The translations under genes and the position numbers were made by a program. The notes under the pieces are model-generated. The model was not told the DNA's origin. It was given only the letters and a program-made list of their open reading frames with translations, and did no database searches. A stretch of DNA of 64,000 bases from Amoebidium appalachense (taxonomy: Eukaryota > Protista > Ichthyosporea): positions 5,782,907 to 5,846,906 of the forward strand of contig CAVNZM010000001.1 in NCBI GenBank assembly GCA_963693365.1, written 5' to 3'. Numbering within the stretch: the first letter of the stretch is position 1; each line of letters begins with the position of its first letter. Positions 1 to 50,043 of this stretch are shown piece by piece.

Positions 1-510
1 CTGGCTGACTGTACGTGCCCGTGCATGTGTCCATGCTCGTGTGTGTTTGTGGAGGGCTAAGAAATTGTGTGCCTGTGTGCAGAATGTTGATATTGGATTA
101 TGTGTGCATGTCTTTGTCTTTGTGTACGTGTGCATGTGCGTGTGCATCATTGTGTAGGTGTGTCCACGCGGGTGCTTGTGCAGATGTGTAAGTTGCTCTG
201 CATTTGGCGGTTTGCCTGTGTGCGCCTGTACGTGTATGTATGTGTGTGTGCTCGTGTGTGCATGTGTGTGTTTGCGCGTGGGCACATGCATACGTGCTGG
301 TGTGGGTGTGTCCAAATGAATGTATATGTGTGTGTCTGCGCAGACATATGCGTTTGTGTGTCACTGTGGGGATGCACAGTACGGCGTTTCTTTAAGCACC
401 ACGATCCGAACCAACAGGAAGGAAGCACACAAACCCAGTCCCTACTTTTTTTAGACTTGCCCACCCTTCATACCACATCACCCTAACCCAACCCATCCTT
501 TTCCCTCCAG

Positions 511-912
511 CGTTCAAGGAGTTCCGTGACCAGAAGAGCAAAGCCATCACACAGGGCAACAACATGAAAGACCTTCAGGCAATTATCAAAGCAGCACCGC
601 AGCTCACAGAGCAGACCAACAAGTTTGAGCTGCACCTGGAGCTCAGCAACCAGCTCAATCGGATCAGGAGGGAGACGGGGCTGGATGACCTGTGTGTGGC
701 CGAGCAGAACATGGTCATGGGAGAGGACGGGGAGGGCCAGAAGAAGAACCCCTTGCTCAATATCATCCAGCTGTTGCAGAGCAGCCAGGTAAGAATAAGA
801 AAGAAAAGTGAAGGGGAAAAAAAACTTGGGGGGGGGGGGGGGGAGGGGGGGGGGGGGGGGGGGGGAGGGGGGGAGGGGGGAGGGTCGCAGGGAGGAAAGG
901 GGGAGGCGGAAA

Positions 913-947
<35 letters not shown>

Positions 948-1045
948 AGGAGGAAAGGGGGGGGCAGGAAGAAGGGAGGGGGGAGGTTGGAGGGGGAGGA
1001 GTGGGAGGGGAGGGAGGGGAAGTGGGAGGCGGTTTGTGTGTGTGT

Positions 1046-1130
<85 letters not shown>

Positions 1131-3006
1131 AGGCACGGACCCGTCGGTTGGTGTGCATCGTAGAAGAGAGCTGCATGCACGAGAGAGGGTGGGTGGTGGG
1201 GCAACGTTTTAAGTTGTAGGGGAAGGAGCATGTGAAAATGGTGTGTTGTATGCATTCGTATGGGTGTGTGGCGTTGGTGGCGCAAGTCTGCTTGTGTGTG
1301 CACGTGTGCTCATGCGCGTGGCCTGTGGTTGTGCAGGTGCCGGTCAACAACAAGATCAGACTGCTGGCCCTGTATGTGCTGATCAAGGAGAAGGGCATCA
1401 GCACAAGGTGTGTACGTGTGGGTGTGGTGGTGGATGGGTGTGGGGGAGTGCATGTGGGTAGGTGTGTGTGTGGGTAGGTGGGTGTGCGTGTGGGTGGGTG
1501 GGTGGATGTGCGTGCGTGTGGGTGGGTGGGTATGCGTGCGTGTGGGTGGGTGGGTATGCGTGCGTGTGGGTGGGTGAGTGTGCGTGTGGGTGGGTGGATG
1601 GATGGGTGGGTGTGCCTTGTGCATGTGCGCGTGTTTGTGCATGTGTGTGGGTGGGTTTTGATGGGTGGGTGGCTGGGCAGGGGTGGGTGTGGATTGGGCG
1701 GTGAGGGCTTGGATAAGTGGGCTTGTTTGGTGGTGTTGGTGGGTGTTGGTTGGTTGGTTTTAGGAGGGGAGGGGGAGAGGGGAGGGGGGTAAGCTGCATT
1801 AGTGTGGGTGGAACGGGCGGACGGATGGAATGATGGTCGGGTGTGTGTGCGTGTGTATGTGCTTGCTCTGCTGGCGTGTGCATGTGTGTAAGGTTCGTGG
1901 CCCTCCGTTCTCTTGTTCCGCCTCTCCCCCTCTCCCCCCTCCCCTCCCCCCCACCCACCCACCCACCCAACGCACGTACACACATACACACATATAGAGG
2001 CTCCCCAATTAGAAGGGTAAAAGAAAAGGAGGGGGTGGCTGAGGCGGGGACCACCCACCCAACACACACACACACACACACACCACGCACACCCCAAATA
2101 GGAGGAAAAGGGGGGAGGTGGGAGGGAGGGGGGCGAGGGCAAAAGCAAAACCAAAGATGCTTCGGACCATGTGCATGGTTACAGCTCTGTTCCATTCTTC
2201 CGTGCCCACCATGCATCCCTTTCCATGTGCTGTGTCTGTTGTATCCTTCATGTGCCTCTTAGTAACCCCCCCCCCCCCCCCCCCCCCCCCCCTGCAGCGA
2301 CATGGAGAAGTTGTTCTCTCAGGCACAGATCACCCCCCAGACACCCAACAGCAAGGCCATAGCCAACATGGACCTTCTTGATGTGACCGTGAACACGGAT
2401 AACCCCCGCCCACGCAAACCAATCAAGCGCAAGGACAGGGTCCTCACAGGTACATGTGTTGGTCGGGTGGGGAGGGGTGGAAGGGGGAGGGGGGAGGGGG
2501 AGGATGTGGGTGTGGGTGGGTGGGTGGGTGGGTGAGCAGTTGGGGGGTTGGCTGGGTGGGTGGGTTGAGTGGGGTGTGTGTGTGTGTGTGCGCGCGTGCG
2601 GATGCGTGCTTGTGTGTTGTGTGTTGTGTCACAGAGATGGGGAAGGGGGAGAGGGGGGGGGGTGCGGGGAGGGGGGAGAATTCGTGCATGTGCCCCTCAT
2701 CGTTTTTGCAGTTGCGGGATGTGTATATGATGACCAAGGAACCTGGATAGAGCCTAGAGGTGTGTGGGGCATATCCCCCTTTTGCTCATGTGGTTGCATT
2801 GTGGTTTGCCATGGTGCGTGCACACTCCGGTGTCATGCCAATGGGATATGTGCATGTGGATATAAGTTTTGGTTTTTGTGCATATAGGCATGTGCTGGAA
2901 CATCCTCCCTCATGCTCCCGCCTTACCGATGTGTACCACACATGCCTCCCCCTCACCCTTCCTACCCTACCCCGACACACGCACACATGCGCCCGTTCAC
3001 CCAAAT

Positions 3007-3092
<86 letters not shown>

Positions 3093-3140
3093 CACACACA
3101 CACACACACACATCCACACACACACACATCCACACACACA

Positions 3141-3229
<89 letters not shown>

Positions 3230-3400
3230 ACACACACAGACGTGTACGTGACGTCGCGGTGGACACCCCTTCTCCGTGATCTTCTAGAAGATGTTGCGGA
3301 CGGCAAGCCCGACAAGAACGTCATCACCTACGTCAGAGACACCCCCCCCCAAGCAGGGCACAGCATCCGCTTCCTCCGCACCCGTTTCTGCTCGCAGGTT

Positions 3401-3434
<34 letters not shown>

Positions 3435-4301
3435 TCCCTTCCCCCCTTCCCCCCTTCCCCCCATCCCCCCTTTTCTCTCCCCGCCGGGAGGTCGAAACTC
3501 GGGATATTCTGGATGACTTGGGCGCCCGTTAATGGGCCCTCTGTACCATGCATACGCTTTATGTGTGGCTTGCACTCTGCGTTGTGTTGTCCGTAATGAA
3601 TGTGTACTTCGTTCTATGCAACACATTCCATTTCCCTCCCCCTCCGGCCCCGCCCGCCCGCCACGCCCAAGCACTCTCCCCTGACAACCACCCGTGCACG
3701 CACACGCACACAATGCATGCGCAGGCGGGCACGCACGAGTTTGTGGCTGGCATGCCAGTGTTGCAGCAGTTCAATCCACTTTCTTTTGTATACCAACTTG
3801 TGCCCCAGAGCACTGCTCGGTGCGTTGGAACACGATTTTCTGTTTGTGTTGCTAAATCCTCCCTGGGGGGTGCAGCAAGCCAGGATGGGCCAAGAAGGGC
3901 GGCAACGTGAAGGAGGAAAAGGGAGACAAGTTCGCGGGCCCACGGATAATCGTCTATGTGGCTGGGGGCATGACCATGAGCGAGATGAGGATTGCGGCCG
4001 AGGTTATGAAGGCTGCAAACCGCCAGGTCGTCATTGGTACGTGCTCACACACATGTTTTACGTGTATGGGTGTGTGCCTGTGTAGGTACACGCGTACAAC
4101 GTGAATACACATGGCACCCATGTGTGGACATGACAACAACAGGCACATATTCACATCCGGCAGTTCTGCATTGGAACACATGGATGACACACGTACACAT
4201 GCACACTTGCATGCATGCAAGTGTAAACACCCACACAAATCTGTACGCGGGCCTCTCCGGGCCAACTACAGATGCACATGCTGGCGCGTTCACATACTTT
4301 T

Positions 4302-4367
<66 letters not shown>

Positions 4368-4368
4368 G

Positions 4369-4417
<49 letters not shown>

Positions 4418-4601
4418 ACACACTACACACATTTGAAAGAGGAAAGGGGGAAGGAAGAAAACCACCACCACTCACCCCCCACCCCAACCCGCAGGGTCCA
4501 GCGTACGCATGCTGCCGGAGATGTTCCTGACCAATCTAGACAACCTGCGCAATGCCCCCCAGGTCGCCTACCCGGCACTGCAGCCCCAGCATGCCCTCTA
4601 A
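511..4601 (+). CDS. SEC1: Sec1/Munc18 (SM) family vesicle-fusion protein, 3' portion (5' exons lie upstream of the window)
   Basis: Exons with GT-AG boundaries: 511-788, 1337-1407, 2298-2449, 3240-3397, 3876-4036, 4495-4601 (TAA). Peptides: MKDLQAIIKAAPQL..KFELHLELS..LCVAEQNMVMG; NKIRLLALYVL; YVTSRWTPLLRDLLED; GPRIIVYVAGGMTMSEMRIAAEV..QVVIGS. These match SM domain 2/3 motifs (compare Munc18 LSRWTP and GPRLIIFILGG..EMR). Needs one C fewer in the C-run at 3342-3350. Confidence 0.93.
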
Positions 4602-6381
4602 AAATAGCCCACACCCCTCTACACTCACCGTTTGCACCCATGGACAACCAGAAATATGACGTAGGCTCTTGATAGAAATTATTAGCTTGCAAGATCTTTG
4701 TCGTTGATATATTTACTTTTTGTTGTGTACTTTTTTGCAACAAGACATTGGTCACACAGTGTATATTCCATGCATACCTTTAACTGGGTGCATGCCTATT
4801 TTTGGAACCAAAGTAGGTGGCACCATGGTCCGGCCGGTGGCGCTAAATATAGCCTTGGCTGTGATTGGCTGCCTGTCACGTGCATGGATGGGTACAATAT
4901 AGCTGTATAGCGGAACATGTTTGCTGTAGCTAATCGAGAATGTGATATGCCAAAGATGAGGAACCTAAAATTAAAATAAACTGTACGGCACATGATGTTC
5001 AAAAAATTCACCCCAGCCCTTGCTCTCTCCCTAGATTTCCCTCCTTGCTCCATGCCTTCCCACCTATGCGCATGCAACTATGTACAGCTCAAGGCCCCAT
5101 CCCGTCGCCCCATACGTATGATCACGACACACAGGGGTCATATGCGCCCGGCACGACCCGGTGACCACCATGTTTGACTTATGTATGCCAGGGCCGGCTG
5201 CAGCAGCTGAACAGTGAGCGCTGGCACACATGCATGCACGTAGCAGCTCGTATTCGTATGATATGAGGCCACTCGCACACTGTCGTCACTACGTATAGGG
5301 CCATATTGTGGACCCTACTGTGTGATAGAACTTGTACAAACGATATTCTTGAATATTCCTACTCCCCCCCCCCCCCCCCCCCCCCCCCCTGCATTTTTAG
5401 TTGTTTATTAAAACTTTTTTTGGCGCGCCAAACCTTCCCATCCATATTTCCTGTATTTGGCAATAATAATAATATCGGTGCCGTCTCGCGGGAGTTATTG
5501 GTCCATACAAAAAAAATGAGATTAATTGCGATATTTCTACTTTTGCAACTTGCTGTTTGTATATTCCTGAGACGTTCACGATTTACACGCGTGCATACGT
5601 ATGCCGTACATGTAACACAAAGATTGATATAGGCACGTGTCACTGAAACCGAATGTACACATGTCTCACAGTCACCACATGTACACACACACACACACAC
5701 ACACACAAACGAACTATAACATCCTCGTACTTGCACACGTGCATGTGGACATAAAAACATGTTCACGCCTGCCGCAGCATGCTCGATCAGCTGCAGTTTT
5801 CCGTCATCAAAATTATCTGTATTAACCGTTGATATACGTTCCCGCTACACGTGCTCATTTCACGGCTATGTTGTCGGCCCGAAACTCAGAGTTTAAATTG
5901 TATTTTCTTAAGATGGACTTTTCTTCCTCTTTTTTTTTGGACACGTTGTATTCGAAATCCACGACACACAGTGCCACCTAAAGCAACATTTATAGATCTA
6001 ATCTATTGCGCTAATTTGCGTATTGGAAGAACATACTGTACCTATTACAACTGCGATGGCACACTCAGGCAAGCACATGCACGTGTATGCAGTTGGAGCG
6101 GTAGGGCCAAGCAGCAGTCACAAACAGTGACCCTATAATGAATGATAAGGTTTCTTCTAATCAGGATTATGTCAAACTGCCATCGATTCTGTACACTGGA
6201 GTTAACATAGGGTTACAAATGCATATAATCCCGTGCACATGTGCTTGTTGCTATATGAATTAATGGTGTACAGTATTTAAACTCACTGGGTGTAAAACAT
6301 AAAGTTTCCGATTGTTTTCTCTCCCAATTGCTGCCGTTTGCATGTTAATTAGTGTTGGAGCCATTATTAGTAGCAACAGCA

Positions 6382-13037
<6,656 letters not shown>

Positions 13038-13190
13038 GGTGGAAAGAAAGGGAGGGAGAGAGGGGAGGGGAGGGGGCGGGGGAGGGGGGGGAGGGGGGAG
13101 GGGAGGCGGGGGGGGAGGCGGGGAGGGGGTTAGCTGTAGACGCTGTTGGCAAAAGCTGTGGGCAAGGCCTTGTTCGCAACTCTTGACGGT

Positions 13191-13254
13191 GTGATAGATC
13201 ACGCCCAGAACACTGTGATCTACTATAACTCTCGAGAGCACTGTGATCTATTAT
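13191..13254. promoter_or_regulatory. Clustered GTGATCTA motif upstream of the Apa start codon
   Basis: cactgtgatcta at 13211-13222 and 13239-13250, plus the inverted copy tagatcac at 13195-13202. They lie 160-215 nt upstream of the ATG at 13037. Confidence 0.4.
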
Positions 13255-15590
13255 GACATCAATCTCCTCTGAGCGGCGTTTGTAGGATACATTTCAGGTC
13301 TGTCTATTGTTGTTTACACCTGTCTCATTTCCAAGTTACAACTAGATCATTATTTGACTGGAACCAATTTTTTATGGCTCACTTATAGTTGATAACATAA
13401 CTGTATCGATTAGAAAGATGAGAAGCTATTTGATCGATTGTGAAAGTAAACCAGGGCAATATCCTAGCAGAGTACCACAACTAAAAACATACATATGTAG
13501 ATAACATATGTGAGCCTGATGAATTTTCGGACGATTCGAATTTGAACCGGTTCCCAGGATCACAAAGCTCGACTACAGATAAATAAGTAGGAAAAATTCC
13601 TTGGTGATGTATGTGCTGTAGCTGTTTTCATGTTCAAAATTATCAACGGTTGTAATTTGGTATTTCTTCTTCTTTTTTTTTCTTTTAAGGCATTATCGTT
13701 CTCGAGGTGGATGCCACTCCGATAAAAGCTGATCTAGGAGATAATTCTTAGAATGTCACGGATAAAGTAAACCAATCATAAACCCGCCACGGCTTCCAAA
13801 AGATCCGAAGGAAGTCGTTCATGTCCCATCAACTGTCGTTGTCGTTGCCCGGCCCCAAGGCCGCCGCTTTGGTTCGTGTGCACTCGAAGGTCACAAAGTG
13901 CCAACACACACTACTGTACAAAGGTTGCACAGAAACCCACAAACACGTTGTGTCACACACACACAGTCTATAACTTACGGAAGGGTTTTCATGGCGTCTG
14001 AGAGTCCTTATGGTGTCTGCGAGTTCCGGCGCGATGAGTCCCTCGCTCTGACTTGCACGGCCAAGCTAGAGCGCGAGTTGAAAGCATCTCTAACAGCACT
14101 ACGTTCACTCTAAATTGTAGTCTACAGCCTAGTCTAGCAGCATCAATTCCAGTTTCTCTTCCATAGAGGATAGGGAAATTCGACGATAAACGCTCGTAGA
14201 GTAGCTTTCTACTGTGCATGCTGGCTTTCATAATCATTGTGGTGATAGCATCGCTCTATAAACTCATGCACGCCAAGTCTTCAACGTGAAACCGGGGCGC
14301 CTAAGCAGCTTTCAAGGCATATTGTTAGTGATATCACACCACCACGCAACAAATCCGAGTGCAGCAACGGGCTGTCGCATAAGGTGAGTGGGCATCTGGA
14401 CTGTCAGGCACGTAACGTGCTGTAGAATCTCCTTTGTTTTCTTCCTACGTTCAATATGGTGCCACACTAATAGTTGGTGACGCAATCACTTGACGAAAGG
14501 TGGGAAAACGAAGAATATGACGTGCAGATGCACGAATTCGTAAGTTAGCTAATTTTGAGGCGTACTGGGAAAAGAGGATATAGAGGGGAGTTATTACATT
14601 GTGCTTTTTTAGAGAGGCATGAGTGTGGAGTATGCATGGTTTGAGACTCGAAATTCCTTTTCTAATTGAATATTCCTCTCCCAAAAAAATACTTCCGATG
14701 GGAACAAGTGCTGCTACATATTATTCATGCTTAACGGCCTGCATACCTACACACTAGAAAGGTCTCATATTGACTCACACAGAGGCAAAAGGATGTTATC
14801 CAGCACAAAAAATTATAACTTATTAAGTCTACCGTAGAATGTGTTTACGTTGTAACGCGACGCATAAAATCCACTACGTTGAAGTTGAGCTGTAGGGAAA
14901 CTCCTAAGGCTTGTAGAGTCTGTGCTAAGACACAGTAGTCATTTAAAACCTTCCAACGTTCAAACCAGAAAGCCTTCCCTCTATTACTGTAAGCAAGAGC
15001 GAGCAGGGAAGCCACATAAACCTAAATTATTGCGTGTACGGTAGCAGTAACTTACAAGAGAGACCAGGGAATCTTTGGTTTTCTGGTAATTTAACAATAA
15101 CCTGCTCTCGCTTTTCCTTTTCCTGCTCAGCTTCGGCAAAGATAAGTATTGAATCCTAATGATGGTTTTAATATGGGGCACCAATAAATTAATGAAATAA
15201 ATTTGCTATCCTCTGCTCATTCTTTTGTGGAGGCATGGGAACCCCCCTGCTTATGGGCTCTGTTGAGTGCCTTCTGCTGCACGTTGTTTCTTAGATATTT
15301 TTTTCATTTTCATAGAAGGTTAAATTTCTGGTTTCTGAATTTTTGTGACGTGTTGGGTATTGGGTATGCCTTTGGACACCTGCATCTGAATAAGTCATAT
15401 CCTTCAATGCATACATCCCCCCCCCCCCTTTCCCTCCCCCCCTCCCCTCCCCCCCCCCCCCCCCCCCCCCCCCCCCGCCGCCCCTACGCACGCACACACA
15501 CACCCTTTGTGTCTAAATATATCCGGACACCCGACTTCCAGCACAGGCACACCCTATCATCCACACAGGCCAATCCACCAGTTACCAAAT

Positions 15591-24892
<9,302 letters not shown>

Positions 24893-25052
24893 CAAAACAG
24901 TTTTAAACCAAATTATTAAGTCTGATTGTCGAAATAAGCTTCATTCATAGGTATCAATTAGCTGATATGCAAAGAAAATTACATGAAATCAGGCTATTAT
25001 TATTTTACCCAATCGAATCGTCTACCCACCCAATCTGGTCCGGTACTTTCTA

Positions 25053-25558
25053 AGGGCCAAACCACATCGGCAGAGTCAACTTGCAAAAAGCAAAATTATT
25101 CTGCAAAAGCAGAATTATTCTGCAGAAAGCAGAATTATTCTGCAAAAAGCAGAATTATTCTGCAAAAGCAGAATCACTATGCTTTTAGCAGAATTGTTCT
25201 GCTTTTAGCAGAATTTTTCCGGAAAAGCAGAATCACTCTGCTTTTAACAGAATCACTCTGCCTTCAGCAGAAATATTCTGCTTTTAACAGAACTATTCCG
25301 CAAAAAGCAGAATTATTCTGCCTTCGACAGCACAATAATTCTGCTTTTAGCGGAATAATTCTGCTTTTAGCAGATTGATTCTGCTTTTAGCAGATTGATT
25401 CTGCTTTTGCAAAATAATTCTGCTTTTAGCAGATTGATTCTGCTTTTGCAGAATAATTCTGCTTTTGCTGAATAGTTCTGCTTTATGCAGAATAATTCGG
25501 TTTCTTGCAGGATAATTCTGCTCGGAGCAAGTTGACTCAGCCGATGTGGTTGGACCCT
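25053..25558. mobile_element. Non-autonomous foldback/MITE-like DNA element: ~32-bp TIRs, 6-bp TSD (TTTCTA), internal array of ~19-20-bp palindromic repeats
   Basis: Left end agggccaaaccacatcggcagagtcaacttgc; right end reverse complement agggtccaaccacatcggctgagtcaacttgc. TTTCTA at 25047-25052 and 25559-25564. Interior is tandem AAAAGCAGAATTATTCTGC-type units in both orientations. Confidence 0.88.
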
Positions 25559-26780
25559 TTTCTACCAGCTGTTTCGTTCTAATTTCACCTTCGATAGCCA
25601 TGTAAATTTGCAAGATTTTATACTTTTCGTACCCCATTGGGATGTAAAGCTACCATGCATTGCAGTGGTTGATAATCAATGATCACTAGCCAGGAAGGGC
25701 TGCAATGCCATGGATGTACCAATACTTGCAGTGCCATATGGCACCACGTGCTACGCACTCAGAACCCAAGCTACATGCATATGTGCATGCCCCTGTGCAT
25801 GGATGCCGATCTACCTACCCAATGTAACCGATTGCACCGCGCCGGATACATAGTGGATGACTAGCAGCCCTATATTCTTTATCCGTGAGGCGCTTGGCTG
25901 GAGACATAATAAAGTTACACAAACTAGTTCATATAGATGGATATCGGGTGTATGCATAGCTGCCGATGGGAACGTCATATAATTGCCTGCCTCTACGTAT
26001 GTGCATGTTCACCCGAACGTGCCCTGAACACATATGAACTGCTGATGGTGCCCATTTAAAGTGATGCATGTACATATGCTACAGGGCGCAATACACGTAT
26101 GACTCGAAAGCCCTTTGCATGTGGGCGTGTGTGCGGGAGCTGTACCAGCAGCAATTCTCTTCCAGATCTTGATTTGCATGGGTGTGATTATCACGATCCC
26201 CCCCCCCCATTCCCCCCTCTCCCCCCCCCCTCCACACACACACACACACACACACACGGGCACGCACACACACACGCACACACACGCACACGCGCACACA
26301 CACACACATTGCAACAACAGCCAGGGCAACTGCTGGTGCTGCTTCTTCTTCTTCTTCCAATTCTTCTTACTCCTCCTCCTCCTCTTCTTCTTCTTCCTTT
26401 TTTTTTTTTTTTTTTTTTTTTTGGTGTGTGCGCGGGGGGGGGGGGGGGGGGGGGGGGGGGGGATGGATGATATGCCGTTTTCATAGCGTTTAATTTAGTT
26501 CAGCACGGTCAACATTCGATTTGAGTGGGCACCGGCCCACTCGTACAGGAGTTTATAGGTGAAATCGGTCTCCCTCTCTCAAGTGGTTGCCATTCAGCCA
26601 CCACCAATATAAGTGGTAGCTACTAGTTACTGCTTAAGGTGCATTTAATCCCTCTTTTCAGCAGATAACCATTTATCATAATTACGAAGAAATGCCTGTT
26701 GTACGTGCTCCCTATTTGCATTGTCAACCGTGCACCATCGTAGTATTGATATAAGTATACTGTTTAACCCCACAATGAAT

Positions 26781-36850
<10,070 letters not shown>

Positions 36851-37203
36851 GTTTGCCAGCCTTGCCAGCCCTCGAGCCAACACCAGCTTATTCCTCACTT
36901 TTTGTTTTGCTCCCACACCCGACCCTAGCTGGTGGGAGAGGAAAGGCAAGAAGAGAAGAGTGTCGCACCGTGCCGCCTGTTAAGAGAACATCTAACGCTC
37001 AAAACATGCTTAACTTGGGGTACGATGAGTGCCTCCCCACCAGTCGATCCTGCAGCTACTATAGGTGACCAATCCTTCCCTTCCCGCCCGCATCGCGAAG
37101 TGCCCAAGCTGTCGTCTCTGCAGCACAGCCTGATCCCTGGAGGGTAATAACGGTCGATAGCGCTGCCTACAATTACCCCCCTCAAGGTCAGCCAAAAATA
37201 GAA

Positions 37204-37239
37204 GCCAATAGGTGATCAATATTTACTGATGGCGCCAAA
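37204..37239. promoter_or_regulatory. CCAAT box plus E2F-like (TTTGGCGCC) promoter module of MED8 copy A
   Basis: agccaatagg-N-ctgatggcgccaaa, ~355-390 nt upstream of the ATG. The same module, with nearly the same spacing, lies upstream of copy B. Confidence 0.6.
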
Positions 37240-37550
37240 GATACCCCGGGCCACAGATTGCTACTTGCAAGGTCAAGTTGATGAGGCCTCCTGATCACCT
37301 CAAGCTTGGCCACGGACAACGGTGCAGTATGAATACAAAGAAAAAGCGTTAGCCAGTCCTCAGTGGTCGTAGCCCACATGCCAGTAAGGACGTGCCAGAG
37401 CTGAGGCTCAGAGAAATTTCTTCAGTTACTTATGATTTCTGGTGGTGCTGGTGGCGACGCTGATCATAATGCATGGTATCGTGGCCATGCTCGGATATCA
37501 CGGCTTTCACGGCCATAGTGGTGTTTCGAATTCTGGAGGGCAGGGGCGCC

Positions 37551-37584
<34 letters not shown>

Positions 37585-38135
37585 TGGTTGGTTACTGTAT
37601 CATCTGCAACACTTCAAATAGTTATCAAATCAATGCTGTTGTATCCCACTGTGACAGCAACCGTGGCAGGCCGAGTCGCCAGCAGCACGCCAGCTATATC
37701 ATCAAGTTGTCAATCAGACTTCGGTGATAATGTCCATGTGGCAGTGCATATTGATATCGATATCAGGTCATGATCACTGGATTCCTTTTTGTTATGCCAA
37801 GCGTCATAATCATTACAACCATTGTAGTATATTTGTGTCTGTGTAGATGTGCTTGTCAAATATTTGCACTGTCCGAATATTATTAGAATTCCTAATGTTA
37901 CGCGTTGTTACAGTTTATTAGTACGTGCTAAGGGCTATTTACATGCGACTGGCTAAAAACTGAATCGTTGGTGCTATGTATTTTTACAGTAACTAATAAT
38001 TACAGCAATTAAGTAGCTATAATATAGAGAGTGCAGCATACTATATAGTTGGGGAGGGATGGACTCCGAGGTCTCACCACATATCACACACTGAACATAC
38101 GTGTGCACACATGCACACACACGCACCCGCGCGCG

Positions 38136-38175
<40 letters not shown>

Positions 38176-38415
38176 AGCCTATCATTACCATGTACATACC
38201 TTTTGCGGGTTTATGTTTACAGTCATATAATGATGCTTGGTGATATTGTGAAAGGCTGCAGACCCCTGATAAGAAAAAAGATTGGCCAATAAACATCTAC
38301 ACACCAATAATATATCATGTCATCAAGCCTAGGCTCAACACATGACATATATGCACACCTTCAACTTTTCGTTTGCGTGCAAACACGTACGCCATAGACG
38401 GGCACCGGCTTGAAT

Positions 38416-49142
<10,727 letters not shown>

Positions 49143-49623
49143 GTTTGCTAGCTGCGCAGCACTAAGCCAGCGGAGTGGGTAGTCTATTAGTGTCTCCTTG
49201 TCGTGCTCGCTCACTCTGGAATAATTAATAAACCCCACGTGGGGAGTGCTTACTATGTGCACCTATCCTTGTCCCTTGCGACTGCATCATGTATTAGGTT
49301 TTCTCTTGGAAATACCTTCGAACAGACAGCGAGCTGCCGCTTTGTCACTGCACTTTCCCGGACACAAGCACGCTACATAAGTACTGATTCTGTTCCCGGC
49401 AAAGTATCCAAGCTCAAAATAACGTGTAAACTCTTTTATGGAGGCTAAAGCTTTGAGCTTTCTTTTGCTATTCTTTCTTGTATGGGCCCTCTGTCAAACC
49501 CTGCAGTCATGAAACCTTCCGGACGTTCCTTGACAGCGCTTTGACTCAGACAGAGCTCGGCCGAGGAGATAACGGCCTCCGACTCTAAAGAGCTTTACCC
49601 TCCTCTGAGTCACTCCAGCTATT

Positions 49624-49659
49624 AGCCAATAGGAATGGGCGATCGCTGATGGCGCCAAA
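49624..49659. promoter_or_regulatory. CCAAT box plus E2F-like module in the bidirectional promoter between MED8 copy B and the coiled-coil gene
   Basis: agccaatagg-N-ctgatggcgccaaa, located between the divergent ATGs at 49142 (-) and 50044 (+). Confidence 0.6.
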
Positions 49660-50043
49660 ATAGCTTTTCAAATGATGAGCCACCGGCGTACCGGCGTCCA
49701 CACTAGACACTGCCGGGCCTAATATCCTGTTGTCGCGGTTGCAGTCTGTGTGGTGAACTTTGGTCCTGGTTACATGTCATAAAAGAAGGACGCGCCCCGA
49801 TCAATGATAAGTGTAAGCACTCTTTTGACCCCATTGCTCAAGTCCGTACAACGCAAATACCGCTCTGGTGGTAACATTTGGCACACCGAGCAGGCCATGC
49901 TTCCATGCTCTGCTCCTTACACTTGTTACCCCACCTAAAAGTTTTAAGTTTTTTTTTTTTCTTTCTTTTTTTTTTTACTCCTTGTATAGCTGAACTTTGG
50001 TACCCACCTTGTGGCCTTCGGTTGTTCGTTTATTCGCGTAAAG

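Noticed and set aside
13760-14240. Exon-like minus-strand segment with a GTAAGT donor near 13977 and short ORFs
   Set aside because: All frames have stops, no motif is recognisable and no consistent gene model can be built. At most a decayed fragment.
25083-25525. Array of ~20-bp palindromic repeats as a CRISPR array, and ORFs 24983-25378 / 25347-25637 as genes
   Set aside because: There are no unique spacers and no cas genes, and the context is eukaryotic. The array is enclosed by TIRs and a TSD, and the ORFs simply translate the repeat.
26330-26462. (TTC/CTC)n plus poly-T/poly-G tract as a retroposon tail
   Set aside because: No TSD or retroelement body; it is a compound simple repeat like many others here.
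26523-26542. Perfect 8-bp hairpin gagtgggc-accg-gcccactc as a Helitron 3' end or terminator
   Set aside because: No CTRR terminus at the expected distance and no U-tract. A hairpin this size is expected by chance in 64 kb.
37380-37775. tRNA T-loop-like gtttcgaattc and short coding-looking ORFs between the MED8 copies
   Set aside because: No cloverleaf can be folded. The ORFs are short, interrupted and lack recognisable motifs.
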